Source of the DNA: a virus
Lineage: Duplodnaviria > Caudoviricetes
DNA length: 64,000 nucleotides
Virus record (IMG/VR): IMGVR_UViG_3300032327_000792
Strand: one strand, 5' to 3'
Shown: positions 48,129 to 57,983 of the stretch, piece after piece
How positions within the stretch are numbered: position 1 is the first letter of the stretch
Layout: each line of letters begins with the position of its first letter
The notes under the pieces: generated by a model
The model's input: the letters and a program-made list of their open reading frames with translations, nothing else
Told to the model about the DNA's origin: nothing
The model's database searches: none
Made by a program: the position numbers and the translations under genes

Positions 48129-48851
48129 TCACGTATTTAGCACATAAAACTGCTCTACACGTTTCCACCACTGACTACGATAATGTTCAAATTCAGCACC
48201 TTCCAAAACAAATTCCTGATACTGTGGCTCTGTTAGTACATTGCCCATGTCATCTACTTCGGGCTTGACACACATCAAAATCACACCTTTTTTGATGTCA
48301 GTGCCGTGTAATTCATTATGTGCTTCTGCGTAGGCACAGAGTTGTAGGAAATAATCCTCGATCCACTCAATCTTTTTGGGCTTGTTGGTTTGCTTGTAGT
48401 CCAAAATAGCCGGTTCATTTAGATGCATTCCAGCGGCATCTGTGGTGCCTGCGTATATGCCGGGAAAATACAGCGGAACTTCGTAGCCCCAGAACTCATT
48501 GACTCGATCAGTTACCCCTTGATCAATCACTGTTTGTGCCATGGCATGACTGGCCCACCCAAAAGGATTGGTTCCTCTATCTTTTAGTTCACCATGTTTG
48601 ACATAGTGTTCCAAGTAGGTATGCATACGTGTTCCACGGTTGGCAGCTTCTGTGGTGATCTGCTGTGCTTTGGCTTCGCCCACACGTTGGCGCCATTGTT
48701 GCAACGCCTGTATTTTTTCTGCTGGTTTGGTTCGATCCAAGATAGTTGTAACTGAAGGCAACTTGTTGCCGTCGGGTGTAGCATAAAAACGTTTGCCATT
48801 GACTTCTACTCTAGGAACTGGTGCATATTCAAATCGAGGATTGAACATCAA
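48129..48851 (-). CDS. PD-(D/E)xK exonuclease
   Basis: LPSVTTIL, RGTRMH, YAGTTD...ILDYK, YFLQLCAY. Confidence 0.85.
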   Translation of the reverse strand: MMFNPRFEYAPVPRVEVNGKRFYATPDGNKLPSVTTILDRTKPAEKIQALQQWRQRVGEAKAQQITTEAANRGTRMHTYLEHYVKHGELKDRGTNPFGWASHAMAQTVIDQGVTDRVNEFWGYEVPLYFPGIYAGTTDAAGMHLNEPAILDYKQTNKPKKIEWIEDYFLQLCAYAEAHNELHGTDIKKGVILMCVKPEVDDMGNVLTEPQYQEFVLEGAEFEHYRSQWWKRVEQFYVLNT

Positions 48852-49168
48852 ATTCTAAAACTTTCTCCGCAACCACAGCGGTCTTTTTCTGCATCGTTGA
48901 TAAATTGAAATCCTTCGTTGAGTCCTTGTCGTACATAGTCCACAGTGAGATTTTTGAAATAAGGTTGATCTTTGCGATTGATCACCACACTGAATCCATC
49001 ATGTAGTTCTGCGTCATCGCCAGGTTGTAGAGTGTCCACATACTCCAGCACATAAGCCAGCCCACTACATCCGGTGGTTCTAACACCTATGCGTATGCCC
49101 ATGCCACCACCACGTCGATCTAGGTTGCGTGCTATTTTACTGGCAGCTGCCGGAGTAACTGCAATCAT
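48848..49168 (-). CDS. iscA: A-type Fe-S carrier IscA
   Basis: [25 protein letters not shown]...RCGCGESF; start MIAVT. Confidence 0.93.
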   Translation of the reverse strand: MIAVTPAAASKIARNLDRRGGGMGIRIGVRTTGCSGLAYVLEYVDTLQPGDDAELHDGFSVVINRKDQPYFKNLTVDYVRQGLNEGFQFINDAEKDRCGCGESFRI

Positions 49169-49476
49169 GCCGAGAAGCTTGATCCACAACCGCAGGTTGT
49201 TTGGGCGTTAGGATTCGTGATTGAAAAGCTACTGCCATTGACATCGTCTTTGAAGTCAATCACTGCACCAGCAAGATATTGCATGCTCATGGCATCTACC
49301 AGCACGCCGCTGACTTCAAAGTCATCTTCGCCGGTTACTTCATCCAGTGTAAATCCATATTGAAATCCTGAGCATCCGCCGCCTTGCACAAATGCACGAA
49401 CCTTTAGATTGGCGTTGTTTTCTTCGGCCAAAATGTCGGCAATTTTTGCCTGTGCTGTTTCAGTTATTGTTATCAT
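49165..49476 (-). CDS. erpA: A-type Fe-S carrier ErpA
   Basis: [40 protein letters not shown]. Confidence 0.93.
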   Translation of the reverse strand: MITITETAQAKIADILAEENNANLKVRAFVQGGGCSGFQYGFTLDEVTGEDDFEVSGVLVDAMSMQYLAGAVIDFKDDVNGSSFSITNPNAQTTCGCGSSFSA

Positions 49477-49856
49477 ACTGTTCCTTGTTTGTTTCGGTAA
49501 TCTTGGATGGCGGCTTTGATTGCGTCTTCGGCCAAGATGCTACAGTGTATTTTCACAGGCGGCAACGCAAGTTCTTCGGCAATTTGACTGTTCTTGATTG
49601 AGCCTGCTTCGTCGAGACTTTTGCCTTTGACCCATTCGGTAACCAGCGAGGAGCTCGCAATCGCCGATCCACAGCCGTAAGTTTTGAACTTGGCGTCTGT
49701 GATTACTCCATCTTCCACTCGGATTTGTAAACGCATCACATCTCCGCAGGCAGGAGCACCCACTGTTCCTGAACCCACTGAAGGGTCAGTGGCATCCATT
49801 TTGCCCACGTTGCGTGGATTTTCATAGTGTTCAATTACTTTTTCTGAATAGGCCAT
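49473..49856 (-). CDS. iscU: Fe-S scaffold IscU
   Basis: [48 protein letters not shown]. Confidence 0.98.
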   Translation of the reverse strand: MAYSEKVIEHYENPRNVGKMDATDPSVGSGTVGAPACGDVMRLQIRVEDGVITDAKFKTYGCGSAIASSSLVTEWVKGKSLDEAGSIKNSQIAEELALPPVKIHCSILAEDAIKAAIQDYRNKQGTV

Positions 49857-49876
49857 GTTGGTATCTCCTTAAGGAT

Positions 49877-49905
49877 AGTATAACATATTGCTAGAGTATT
49901 TACAA
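49877..49905 (-). promoter_or_regulatory. sigma70 promoter (overlapping a TAAATA late motif) for iscU
   Basis: TTGTAA-17 nt-TATACT; AAGGAG RBS downstream. Confidence 0.55.
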
Positions 49906-49914
49906 CCGTTTTGG

Positions 49915-50253
49915 TTACTTCATTCGGCGCTTGAGCGCGGCCTTGGCATTGGAATCCACTGTGGCTCTGGCTTGGTCCACTGTCATACCTGTGTCAGTTT
50001 CCAGTTCACCTTTGAATCTAACTACCCCTGAATTTGGATCCAGAGGCTCTAGCACATTTTTGAGAGGAACCTGAGAAATAAGTTCGCCCAGGTTTTCTTT
50101 GGTAACGTTTACATCAAGACTTTTGGCAGCTTTGATAAATGCATCTTGACTGATTTGTCCGCGGGCATTTTCATCTTTTGCTCGATCTGCTAACCATGTG
50201 GTCAATGCCAACAATCTTGTGTTGTTGTCATCTGCAAACTCACGCAGTCTCAT
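49915..50253 (-). CDS. Probable head-associated protein
   Basis: Starts MRLRE|F. Confidence 0.55.
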   Translation of the reverse strand: MRLREFADDNNTRLLALTTWLADRAKDENARGQISQDAFIKAAKSLDVNVTKENLGELISQVPLKNVLEPLDPNSGVVRFKGELETDTGMTVDQARATVDSNAKAALKRRMK

Positions 50254-51119
50254 TATCTCTTGCCGCGGCCCAAACTGACTTCTAGGTCAGAAACTTCTTC
50301 TTCGGGCTCAGGTGCTGGTAATTCTTCTGTGCCCATGTCAGGCATTTCTGCAGGAGCCATGTCAGCACCAGGAACAGCAGGAGCTTGGCCAGTGACCACA
50401 CCCAATGCTATTTCTAGCTGACCTTTGGATCCTTGCAAGTTCTGTGTCAAACCTGCTAGAGCTGCTGTGGCATCTGCATTGAATTGTTGAGCCTGGTCAA
50501 CGCCAACTTCATTCTTTATTGAATCAACCAGGGCTGGCAAATCTTTGAACTGCATTGAAGTAACTTGTTCAATCATTTTTTGTACTTGGTCAACCATGTC
50601 TTGTGACGCCAATACAACTTGAGCCTGTTGAACTTCTGATTCTTTTAAACGACGACGCAGACTGTGAGCTTCCATGGTAGGCATGGGTTTGTTCAATTCT
50701 GCTTTTTCTTTGTTTAACTCAGCCATTTGAGTATCAATTTCTTTGCGACGATCGTCGCGTTGTTTTTTTGCCTTGGCCATTTCGGCGGATTTCATTGCAG
50801 CGGCTTGCTGTGGAGTTTGTCCAGCTGGTGCAGTTGTTGTTTGTCCTACCATAGGGGCTACATCTTGCTCACTGATACGACTGGCCAAAGCCTGTTCCAT
50901 CATGACCAATTTTAAATAAGCAGGATTTTTCTCACTGCTGTGAAATTCAGGTTGGCGACGATGTTCGCTGATCAGGCCACGCACACGGTTCAACATCTCA
51001 TGTGCTTGGCGCTTTGAAATTGATTCAAAGCTAACAGCAGTACCAAAGTGACTTTCCATCACTTTAGCGACTTGTTTGGTTTTTTGTGGTGCGGCCAGAT
51101 CTTGCAGTTTCATTATCAA
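50253..51119 (-). CDS. Probable prohead core/scaffold-like protein
   Basis: Coiled coil, LKE|S motif, acidic Pro-rich tail; TAAATA and AAGGA upstream. Confidence 0.5.
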   Translation of the reverse strand: MIMKLQDLAAPQKTKQVAKVMESHFGTAVSFESISKRQAHEMLNRVRGLISEHRRQPEFHSSEKNPAYLKLVMMEQALASRISEQDVAPMVGQTTTAPAGQTPQQAAAMKSAEMAKAKKQRDDRRKEIDTQMAELNKEKAELNKPMPTMEAHSLRRRLKESEVQQAQVVLASQDMVDQVQKMIEQVTSMQFKDLPALVDSIKNEVGVDQAQQFNADATAALAGLTQNLQGSKGQLEIALGVVTGQAPAVPGADMAPAEMPDMGTEELPAPEPEEEVSDLEVSLGRGKR

Positions 51120-51558
51120 ATCCTTTTTGTTGTAAATATTTAGCTGAATTAATGTATTTGGTCAATTGATTTTCCAGTTCTTTTCGGCGAATTATTTTGG
51201 TTTCTAATTTTGTGTCAATTGATTCTCGAAAATCAGGACTTTTGCTTCGATTGGCAACCCCCATTCTAACAAATATATCATTGGCAGCATGGGTCAAACG
51301 ATTGTCTGTGTGCAATATATCACGTGCCAAATTGTAATTACAATACTTGTCTGCCACACACCAACTCACTGCTGATCTAGTGGAACTGAATTCACCCACG
51401 GCATCTGCTGCACAATACACAGTGTATCCGGGACGATTGGATGTTATTCTATATTTTCCAAACAACTCATAGTCACCGTGATCATTGCGCCAAATAATGT
51501 TGGGCATCACGGTGCGTAATTCTTTTGACACCCAGGCTTCTAGTTCTTGGTCTTTCAT
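51064..51558 (-). CDS. Hypothetical protein
   Basis: 164-aa ORF in the late operon. Confidence 0.65.
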   Translation of the reverse strand: MKDQELEAWVSKELRTVMPNIIWRNDHGDYELFGKYRITSNRPGYTVYCAADAVGEFSSTRSAVSWCVADKYCNYNLARDILHTDNRLTHAANDIFVRMGVANRSKSPDFRESIDTKLETKIIRRKELENQLTKYINSAKYLQQKGFDNETARSGRTTKNQTSR

Positions 51559-51822
51559 TTATTTAAAAACGTAGGAAGCCATTAGCCAACCAATTGCGCC
51601 AATCAACATGCCAATCACACCCACACCCCAGGCAATCAATCTATCGTTGTGTTTTTCCACGTGATCAGCCAACATTTCTCGGATGTCAGCAACACATTGT
51701 TCTACCTTGTTGACTTGGTCGGCAAGATTGTCCAATCGCATATCTAGACTGCTGTAACGTTCTGCACACAGTTCAACGTGTGCTTCTAGACTCTTTTTTT
51801 CAATTTCAGTGGTTTCAGACAT
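51559..51822 (-). CDS. Coiled-coil protein with C-terminal TM (holin/XhlA-like architecture)
   Basis: LEAHVELCAERY coiled coil then LIAWGVGVIGMLIGAIGWL; AGGA RBS at MSETT. Confidence 0.55.
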   Translation of the reverse strand: MSETTEIEKKSLEAHVELCAERYSSLDMRLDNLADQVNKVEQCVADIREMLADHVEKHNDRLIAWGVGVIGMLIGAIGWLMASYVFK

Positions 51823-51836
51823 GGTTAGTTTTCCTA

Positions 51837-52250
51837 TCATGTATTTATTTCTGTTGCTTCAAACCATATGTTTGTGTTCACTGCCAAAACTGTGCCATTG
51901 ACCAATGATTCATTTAATCCTGTCAGCATGGGCACGCCCTCACAGTCTGCTTTCAACACTGCCAGACTGTCTGTGCCATCTGTAAAAAGATTTTGATTTT
52001 CCACTTCAAATTCAAAACACCAACAATCCTGGTTTTTCACAGGATCTTGTAAATTATCAACCTGTGTACGCAAACTGATCAACTGAGTGACAGTTTCCCA
52101 ATTGCGTTGTTGATTTCTAGATCTATTCCATTGTGCAACGTCAGTTATCTTGGACCCAGCCTGATCTTGAAAAGGCATACGATTGTGTTTGACATGTCCT
52201 GTGGTACCTGTGGCAGTGATATCAAAAAGAGTTTGACATTGAATTTTCAT
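51837..52250 (-). CDS. Hypothetical late protein
   Basis: TLFDITATG..., QQRNWETVTQLISLR. Confidence 0.65.
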   Translation of the reverse strand: MKIQCQTLFDITATGTTGHVKHNRMPFQDQAGSKITDVAQWNRSRNQQRNWETVTQLISLRTQVDNLQDPVKNQDCWCFEFEVENQNLFTDGTDSLAVLKADCEGVPMLTGLNESLVNGTVLAVNTNIWFEATEINT

Positions 52251-52271
52251 TGGCAGACATATTTAATGGCC

Positions 52272-52305
52272 AAAAAGAAACCCCAGTAATAACTGAGGTT
52301 CTTTT
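52272..52305 (-). terminator. Intrinsic terminator
   Basis: AGAACCTCAGT-TATT-ACTGGGGTTTCT followed by TTTT on the minus strand. Confidence 0.75.
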
Positions 52306-52326
52306 GTTACAACGGTTAATACGAAA

Positions 52327-52743
52327 TTAAACTGTTGTGAATGATGCTGTTGTTGATACGTTTGCAGTTGGGATACCAATTGCAGAGTTGGCTGTTTGAG
52401 CAGCTGCTACCAATGTTGCTGTTGTGTAAGCACCAGTTGGGTAGATAGCGATACTCAATGTTACGCCGTCAGCAGCAACTTGATACATTGCAACTGTACC
52501 ACCTGCACCAGTGACTGGACCACCGTTTTGGATAGCTTGCAATACGTTACCTACGTAACCGTTTACACCGCCCTGTAGAGAGATGTTGCCGTTAGCTACC
52601 AAACTGAAAAAGTCTAGTTTTGGACCTTGTGGTTGAACTGGACCAGCAATGTTCAAAGCTGCACCTTGAGCTGGTGAACCGTTGCGAACGTCCAAGTTAA
52701 ATACTGGTTGTGTTGAACCATTTGTTTTTGCGAATATTGCCAT
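52327..52743 (-). CDS. Probable abundant virion structural protein
   Basis: Ala/Thr/Gly-rich; own late promoter, strong RBS and terminator. Confidence 0.6.
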   Translation of the reverse strand: MAIFAKTNGSTQPVFNLDVRNGSPAQGAALNIAGPVQPQGPKLDFFSLVANGNISLQGGVNGYVGNVLQAIQNGGPVTGAGGTVAMYQVAADGVTLSIAIYPTGAYTTATLVAAAQTANSAIGIPTANVSTTASFTTV

Positions 52744-52789
52744 TTTAAATCTCCTAAGTATGTGGGTTTTGACCCTACACTTATTTATA
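52744..52789 (-). promoter_or_regulatory. T4-type late promoter with 5' hairpin and RBS
   Basis: TATAAATA; GTGT-A-GGGT-CAAA-ACCC-ACAT; AGGAG. Confidence 0.75.
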
Positions 52790-52810
52790 CCGTTTGGTAA
52801 AAATTAGAGT

Positions 52811-54691
52811 TTACTCGCCCAAATTGGGATTGTTTAAAATTCTGTTGCCTGCCGAGAAACCAAAGCGATTGACCAGTTTGGCGCGACCTGCGTCAGACGC
52901 AATGACCCATCCTTCTTGGCCGGGTTGTTGACGATCTAGCTGAGCCAACATGTCTGTTTTGATTTCATGTAGTAACAAGAAGGCAGTAAAGGCAGCTGAA
53001 ATACCATCCAGGTTTGATCTTGGACTCTGTAGGTATTCCACAATGTTGTTGTACTTGCGCGGTGTCACTGACTGTTGCAACCATGGGCCAAAGTCTGCCA
53101 GCAAGTTGGAGTAGTCTGTGTCAATTCTCGAATTGATATAACGCTTGCATAGCTGTGGCAAATCTGTGATGCCTGCGGCCCGCAAATCAGCAGGATTAAA
53201 CAGCGAATCAATTGCGGCGCCATTTTGTGCTACCACACTACGTAATTCACGTTCTAGCTTTCTGTTGGGTGTGACATTTTTGATGTCTTTTTGTGTGGGC
53301 TCAATCAACAACAGGCCCGGATGCGGGTTAAATTCAATGCGTCGGATTGGTTCTGCTGGCGCGGCAGGATCAGCATAACGTGTGTGTACAGCAATGCCCA
53401 CTTCAGAGTTGCCAATAGCTTCGCCTAACGTACTGGCAACAGGAATACGATATTCAACAAAATTGGGTTTGAACACATAAGCACCTGCTTGCTCAGGAGG
53501 AGTTTCAGTATAAAGTAAATCACCCTGTACATAGCCTTTAAAATTGCTCGGAGTAGCGGCCTCCAACATGGGCCATAGTTTTGCGTAAATGCCAATTAAT
53601 TCACCACGTTCACCGCTACGCATGTTCTGTATGCGTGCCAACTGATCAGGACTGGTTGCTAATCCATCATAGCCCTTGGCCAAAAATCCTGATTTATCTG
53701 TCAGCACAAAACGACCGTCGGGTTTGCGGCCCCAAATGATTGCTGGTTTTCCGTCCCATTTGACTGTGGTTGTTTCTGCTGTGTTTGTGGCGGCTGCTTG
53801 AATAATGGCCAGAGCTTCTCGTATGCCACGGGTGCCTTTTTCAAACACCAGATCTTCAAGATGTTCAATTCTGGCAGCAGCTTCCGTCAACTGTTGACGT
53901 TCAAATATAGGAGTCATGCCTTGATTAACAATTCTATCTCGTAGACGTGCCAAAAAGTTTACTTCTGTGTATCCGGTAGGTGGCGGTAATTGCATGCCTT
54001 CCATAAAAGGCACACCTTCGCGAGCAAAATGCTCACGTGCATCTTTTAATTTTGCATCCTTTTTGGGATCTGTCGCCAAGGCTGCTATAATGGATTCTAC
54101 ACTGAGTAAGTCTTCTTTTGTAGCGGATTTATTTAAAAGAATTTTTGCAATGGCATCAGGATCATTGGAAATGATTTTGTTTGTGGCACGATCCTGTAGT
54201 CCCGCTGTTTGATTTAATTTATAGCCCATTGATTTGGCCATTGAATTCATCAACACATTACGATCCTGTCCGCGATATGCACTGTCAGAGGAAGCCGATA
54301 ACATGAATTTTGAAAATGGCACATCTTTTAAAAACATAAAGTCTGTTTGTACATAGCCTTGATCAGGACGTCCATTGATGGGTGTTTTAAAATGCACTGA
54401 GATACCGCTTTTGCGAACGTATTCTTCGGGCTTTAGTTTGTTTGTTTGTGCCCATTGTGTTAGCTGTGCAACCATTTGTTCTTTGGTGAATTCATTGGCA
54501 TCCACTGCTAGATCTAGGTCACCAGATGTGGGCTTGCGTCCTGTTGAACCCAAGGTGGCATCCTGCAGGTCCATGCCTGTGAGTTGTTCTAGCCAAGCTA
54601 TGGTGCTTCGAACATCTGTTTGATTGATACGCTGTGTTAATGCTCGGTTGGAAGCATCTTTGAAGATGTTGCCGCCCTCAGTTATGTGCAT
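52811..54691 (-). CDS. Pol-beta-type nucleotidyltransferase fused to a ligase-like (KxDG) domain
   Basis: LGSTGRKPTSGDLDLAVD..VQTDF; then TVKWDGKPAIIWG, VQGDLLY; start MHITE (TAATG overlap). Confidence 0.6.
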   Translation of the reverse strand: MHITEGGNIFKDASNRALTQRINQTDVRSTIAWLEQLTGMDLQDATLGSTGRKPTSGDLDLAVDANEFTKEQMVAQLTQWAQTNKLKPEEYVRKSGISVHFKTPINGRPDQGYVQTDFMFLKDVPFSKFMLSASSDSAYRGQDRNVLMNSMAKSMGYKLNQTAGLQDRATNKIISNDPDAIAKILLNKSATKEDLLSVESIIAALATDPKKDAKLKDAREHFAREGVPFMEGMQLPPPTGYTEVNFLARLRDRIVNQGMTPIFERQQLTEAAARIEHLEDLVFEKGTRGIREALAIIQAAATNTAETTTVKWDGKPAIIWGRKPDGRFVLTDKSGFLAKGYDGLATSPDQLARIQNMRSGERGELIGIYAKLWPMLEAATPSNFKGYVQGDLLYTETPPEQAGAYVFKPNFVEYRIPVASTLGEAIGNSEVGIAVHTRYADPAAPAEPIRRIEFNPHPGLLLIEPTQKDIKNVTPNRKLERELRSVVAQNGAAIDSLFNPADLRAAGITDLPQLCKRYINSRIDTDYSNLLADFGPWLQQSVTPRKYNNIVEYLQSPRSNLDGISAAFTAFLLLHEIKTDMLAQLDRQQPGQEGWVIASDAGRAKLVNRFGFSAGNRILNNPNLGE

Positions 54692-55305
54692 TATACTTTG
54701 GCCAATTCTTGATCTAAAAATTTTGTGAACGCTTGGTCTGGAACTGTGCCTGTCTGATCTGCCCACACTCCTTGATCATTGATAGTGTATGTTTTGTTTC
54801 TAAATTGTAGTACAGCAGGATTGACACTGATTACCTTGACTGCTAGGCCACCACCACTGGCGGAAATGTCTGGTGCAGATAGGCCAGCCTGTTGAACTAA
54901 TTTGGAAAATAATTGTGCCACTTGATTTGGGTCTGCTTCCGCCGCAGTGATCTGATCAATCAATTGATTGAGTTCTTGACGATTCACAGCGTTATTGATT
55001 GATTGTCCAGCCAATAAATTCTTTTGTACAAATGCTTGCAATGTTTGTTTGTACAGTGTGGCATATCTAGCAGGATCAGGATTGGCTGCTTTTAATTGTC
55101 TAGCATACTGTAACCAAGCAGGAACAGCTTTGTCAATTACTGTTTGCATTTTTTTTGCACTGGCACGGTCAGTTTTGGCATTTATGCTAGCAGCGGTGAC
55201 ATTGCCGCGTTGCTTGGTCAATGCGCCAACAGCACCAGCAGCAGCGTTTTTAATACCTTGCAGTATACCAGCTTCATTTAGCTGTGTGATTTCATGAATT
55301 TGCAT
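54691..55305 (-). CDS. Probable internal head protein
   Basis: Starts MQIHEITQLNE|AG. Confidence 0.5.
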   Translation of the reverse strand: MQIHEITQLNEAGILQGIKNAAAGAVGALTKQRGNVTAASINAKTDRASAKKMQTVIDKAVPAWLQYARQLKAANPDPARYATLYKQTLQAFVQKNLLAGQSINNAVNRQELNQLIDQITAAEADPNQVAQLFSKLVQQAGLSAPDISASGGGLAVKVISVNPAVLQFRNKTYTINDQGVWADQTGTVPDQAFTKFLDQELAKV

Positions 55306-55540
55306 CTGTTTTTCTCACTGTGCGGGTAAACTTACCAGGGTCACGAAGCTTGATGGCATTCAACAATTTGCGTGTGAGATTTTCAGCTTGCTCTGGTGTG
55401 TATGATTGGTCAATGGATTCCAGCAAACGTATAGCCGACGCAATAACGTTGGACGCACGACTTTCAATTACATGGCGTTGATCACGCTCGATGTACATTG
55501 AATCCAATTCTTCTAATAAGCTACGAGTTTTCTTTTGCAT
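55292..55540 (-). CDS. Conserved hypothetical protein
   Basis: TRSLLEEL...RDPGKFTR; TAAATA and AAGG upstream. Confidence 0.65.
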   Translation of the reverse strand: MQKKTRSLLEELDSMYIERDQRHVIESRASNVIASAIRLLESIDQSYTPEQAENLTRKLLNAIKLRDPGKFTRTVRKTDANS

Positions 55541-55575
55541 ATGGCCGGAACCTTTTTATTATTTATCGGTTAAGT

Positions 55576-56583
55576 TTAATTAGTGGTTCCACATACATCA
55601 TTACAAATAACCAAACGACCTTGCTCAAATGTAGGAATAGTCCAGGTTTTTTCTACTTCGGTAAACCATTCTATGCATTCTTTTAAAGAATATTCTAACG
55701 CATTGTTTTTTTTCATAATGGGTTTCAATTGAGCGTTTGCAGCTTGGTGATATTGGCCAGCGCCATAAGTGTGTGGGTAAAATCCGGTGTGACAACAGGG
55801 ACTAACATCACCATTGGCAGCAATATAAACACTGCGTTGTTTTTTGACGGCACATTCTATTTGTCTGGGTATTCTGTCAGCAACAATATCTTCCAACAAC
55901 ACTGTGTCTGTGATTTTTTTATGAAACAACACGGTAAATTCTTTTTCTCCGGTGTAGTTACCCATGACATGGGTCAGCTTGCCTTGTTTGTCAAATACTG
56001 GCGCTGTGTTTCTACCCTGATTCACCCGGTGAAAATTTTTAAATCCCAGAGTTTGACTTAATTTTTCACATTGATCAATTTGATGAAGATTGTGATCAAA
56101 TTCAATCATTTTCCATGTGGCATGTCCTCCAGCTTGAATAAAAGTTTGGGCATTTTTAATCACAGTGGACCATGACGTATTTTGTCTGTACAAGTGATGC
56201 GTGTCTTCAAGTCCGTCTAATGCAAATGTCACATGAACTTGAGCTTGCGCCAATCTCTTCCAAAAATCACCGTTTCTAGCTGATCCATTGGTACTGATCT
56301 CAATTGTTAAATCTTTGTTGTGCTGTCGAAAGTACTCAACAATGTCAGGAGTTTCTGGATTCATCACAGCATCTCCATAGTTGCCATTGATCATGATGAC
56401 CGTTAATTGAGATAAAAATTCAGGTGTAAAGATATGTTGAGCATAGTCCACTGTGAAATTCAATTCAGGATAGCCGCCGTTGTATGGGTATCCCCAAAAT
56501 GTTCTTGGACACCATGGACAACTGGCATTGCACAGTGTGGATATTTCTAAATGGACATGGCGTATTTCATCAACAGAATACAT
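55576..56583 (-). CDS. Radical SAM protein with a C-terminal SPASM/twitch domain
   Basis: CNASCPWC; GNYGDA; YIAANGDVSPCC..CNDVC. Confidence 0.9.
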   Translation of the reverse strand: MYSVDEIRHVHLEISTLCNASCPWCPRTFWGYPYNGGYPELNFTVDYAQHIFTPEFLSQLTVIMINGNYGDAVMNPETPDIVEYFRQHNKDLTIEISTNGSARNGDFWKRLAQAQVHVTFALDGLEDTHHLYRQNTSWSTVIKNAQTFIQAGGHATWKMIEFDHNLHQIDQCEKLSQTLGFKNFHRVNQGRNTAPVFDKQGKLTHVMGNYTGEKEFTVLFHKKITDTVLLEDIVADRIPRQIECAVKKQRSVYIAANGDVSPCCHTGFYPHTYGAGQYHQAANAQLKPIMKKNNALEYSLKECIEWFTEVEKTWTIPTFEQGRLVICNDVCGTTN

Positions 56584-57983
56584 TAGAAATTCGCCTTTAT
56601 TGAACCCAACAGTTGCTTCAATTTGGCACTCTGTACATCTGCCACCGGTGACACAGTTTCCTCATCACCGGCATCCTGTATTCCCACTCTGCTGGATGCT
56701 TTGATTTGATCCATCACGTTGGGTCGTTTGACAAATCCTGAACTCTGTTGCTGATCTTCGGCCAAGTCTGTGATACGCATGGTTTCAATGTTGTATTCCA
56801 AATCTACCTTTTGTCCAACACCTGTTGAACTACGCGATTTCATACACTGAATTTGATAGCGTCCACGCTCTTTCATGGCGCGACTTGTAAAAATACCAAA
56901 CACGTTGTCAGCAGTGTTAATTTTAGAGATACCACCCGAAATATGACTGTGGTCAAATTCTACTTCTTCCACTGCTCCGCGATTCAACTGTGAAGCTGTG
57001 ACCAACAATACATTTAATTCTTTGGCTAGATTACGTAATTCTTCCGAAACGTATTTGTCTTTTACAAACAAATCATTGGGACTTACTTTGGCACTCACGG
57101 GCATCAGCAAGTCCAAATAGTCAACCATCACAAAGTCCACCTTTATTCCCGTTTGTACCTGTACCTCTTTAAGATATGCTCTGACATCATTGATATTGCT
57201 CTGTGCCGGCAATGCTTTGATTCTATATTGCCCGGCCTTTTTGCTGTACAGTTTGACCTTTAATTCTGTGGTGTCTATGTCGCGGCGGATGTCTTTGGTG
57301 CTCATTCCTGCCAACATAGCATCTGTACGCAAAGCACACAGTTCTTCCGACAGTTCCAAACTCACATACACGCCACTGAGTCCTTGTTGCAACCAACTCA
57401 ATGCAATGTTCATCATCACAAGCGATTTACCCGATCCGGATCCGCCGGCGAAAATGTTTAATTCGCCGCGGCTGAATCCACCATACAGCAATTTGTCCAC
57501 TGAGGGCCATCCTGTGGACACCTGCCCACCCGAATTGAAATACTTTTCCAGACGCATTTTGGGATCATCAAAATAGTCTGTGCCCATGTCCTTGGTCAAT
57601 GATATCTGTACAGCATCTTTGATCAGTTTTTCCACAGGATCAAATTCACCCTTTTCCAACAAGTCTGCTGACTTTAAAATTGCACGTTCTAGTTCTTGAC
57701 GCTTGGTAAATGATTCGAACTGTTCCATAAACCAGTTGAAATGATCTTCGTTCAAATCTGGAATATGATTGAGTTTGATACCAGTTGATGCTGCAATTTG
57801 TTCTGTAACTGGCATGGTTTTGAATTCATTTACGTGCTGAGCAATAAACTCTGCTGCTGGACGCAATGATCTATCAAAGTTTTCAGCATTGTAGATGTTT
57901 TGTACCCGCACATAACTGCCAGCATCCTGGAGCATCATTTCCAAGAACAATCTTTGTACTTCAGTTCCGTAGTCTTTTAACAA
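56583..57983 (-). CDS. Replicative DNA helicase (T4 gp41/DnaB-like)
   Basis: AGGSGSGKS Walker A, VSLELSE, VMVDYLDL, TASQLNR, KSRSS. Confidence 0.93.
   Translation of the reverse strand: MLKDYGTEVQRLFLEMMLQDAGSYVRVQNIYNAENFDRSLRPAAEFIAQHVNEFKTMPVTEQIAASTGIKLNHIPDLNEDHFNWFMEQFESFTKRQELERAILKSADLLEKGEFDPVEKLIKDAVQISLTKDMGTDYFDDPKMRLEKYFNSGGQVSTGWPSVDKLLYGGFSRGELNIFAGGSGSGKSLVMMNIALSWLQQGLSGVYVSLELSEELCALRTDAMLAGMSTKDIRRDIDTTELKVKLYSKKAGQYRIKALPAQSNINDVRAYLKEVQVQTGIKVDFVMVDYLDLLMPVSAKVSPNDLFVKDKYVSEELRNLAKELNVLLVTASQLNRGAVEEVEFDHSHISGGISKINTADNVFGIFTSRAMKERGRYQIQCMKSRSSTGVGQKVDLEYNIETMRITDLAEDQQQSSGFVKRPNVMDQIKASSRVGIQDAGDEETVSPVADVQSAKLKQLLGSIKANF

Noticed and set aside
54692-54766. N-terminal extension of the NTase-ligase ORF
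   Set aside because: Overlaps the upstream gene; TAATG coupling at 54691
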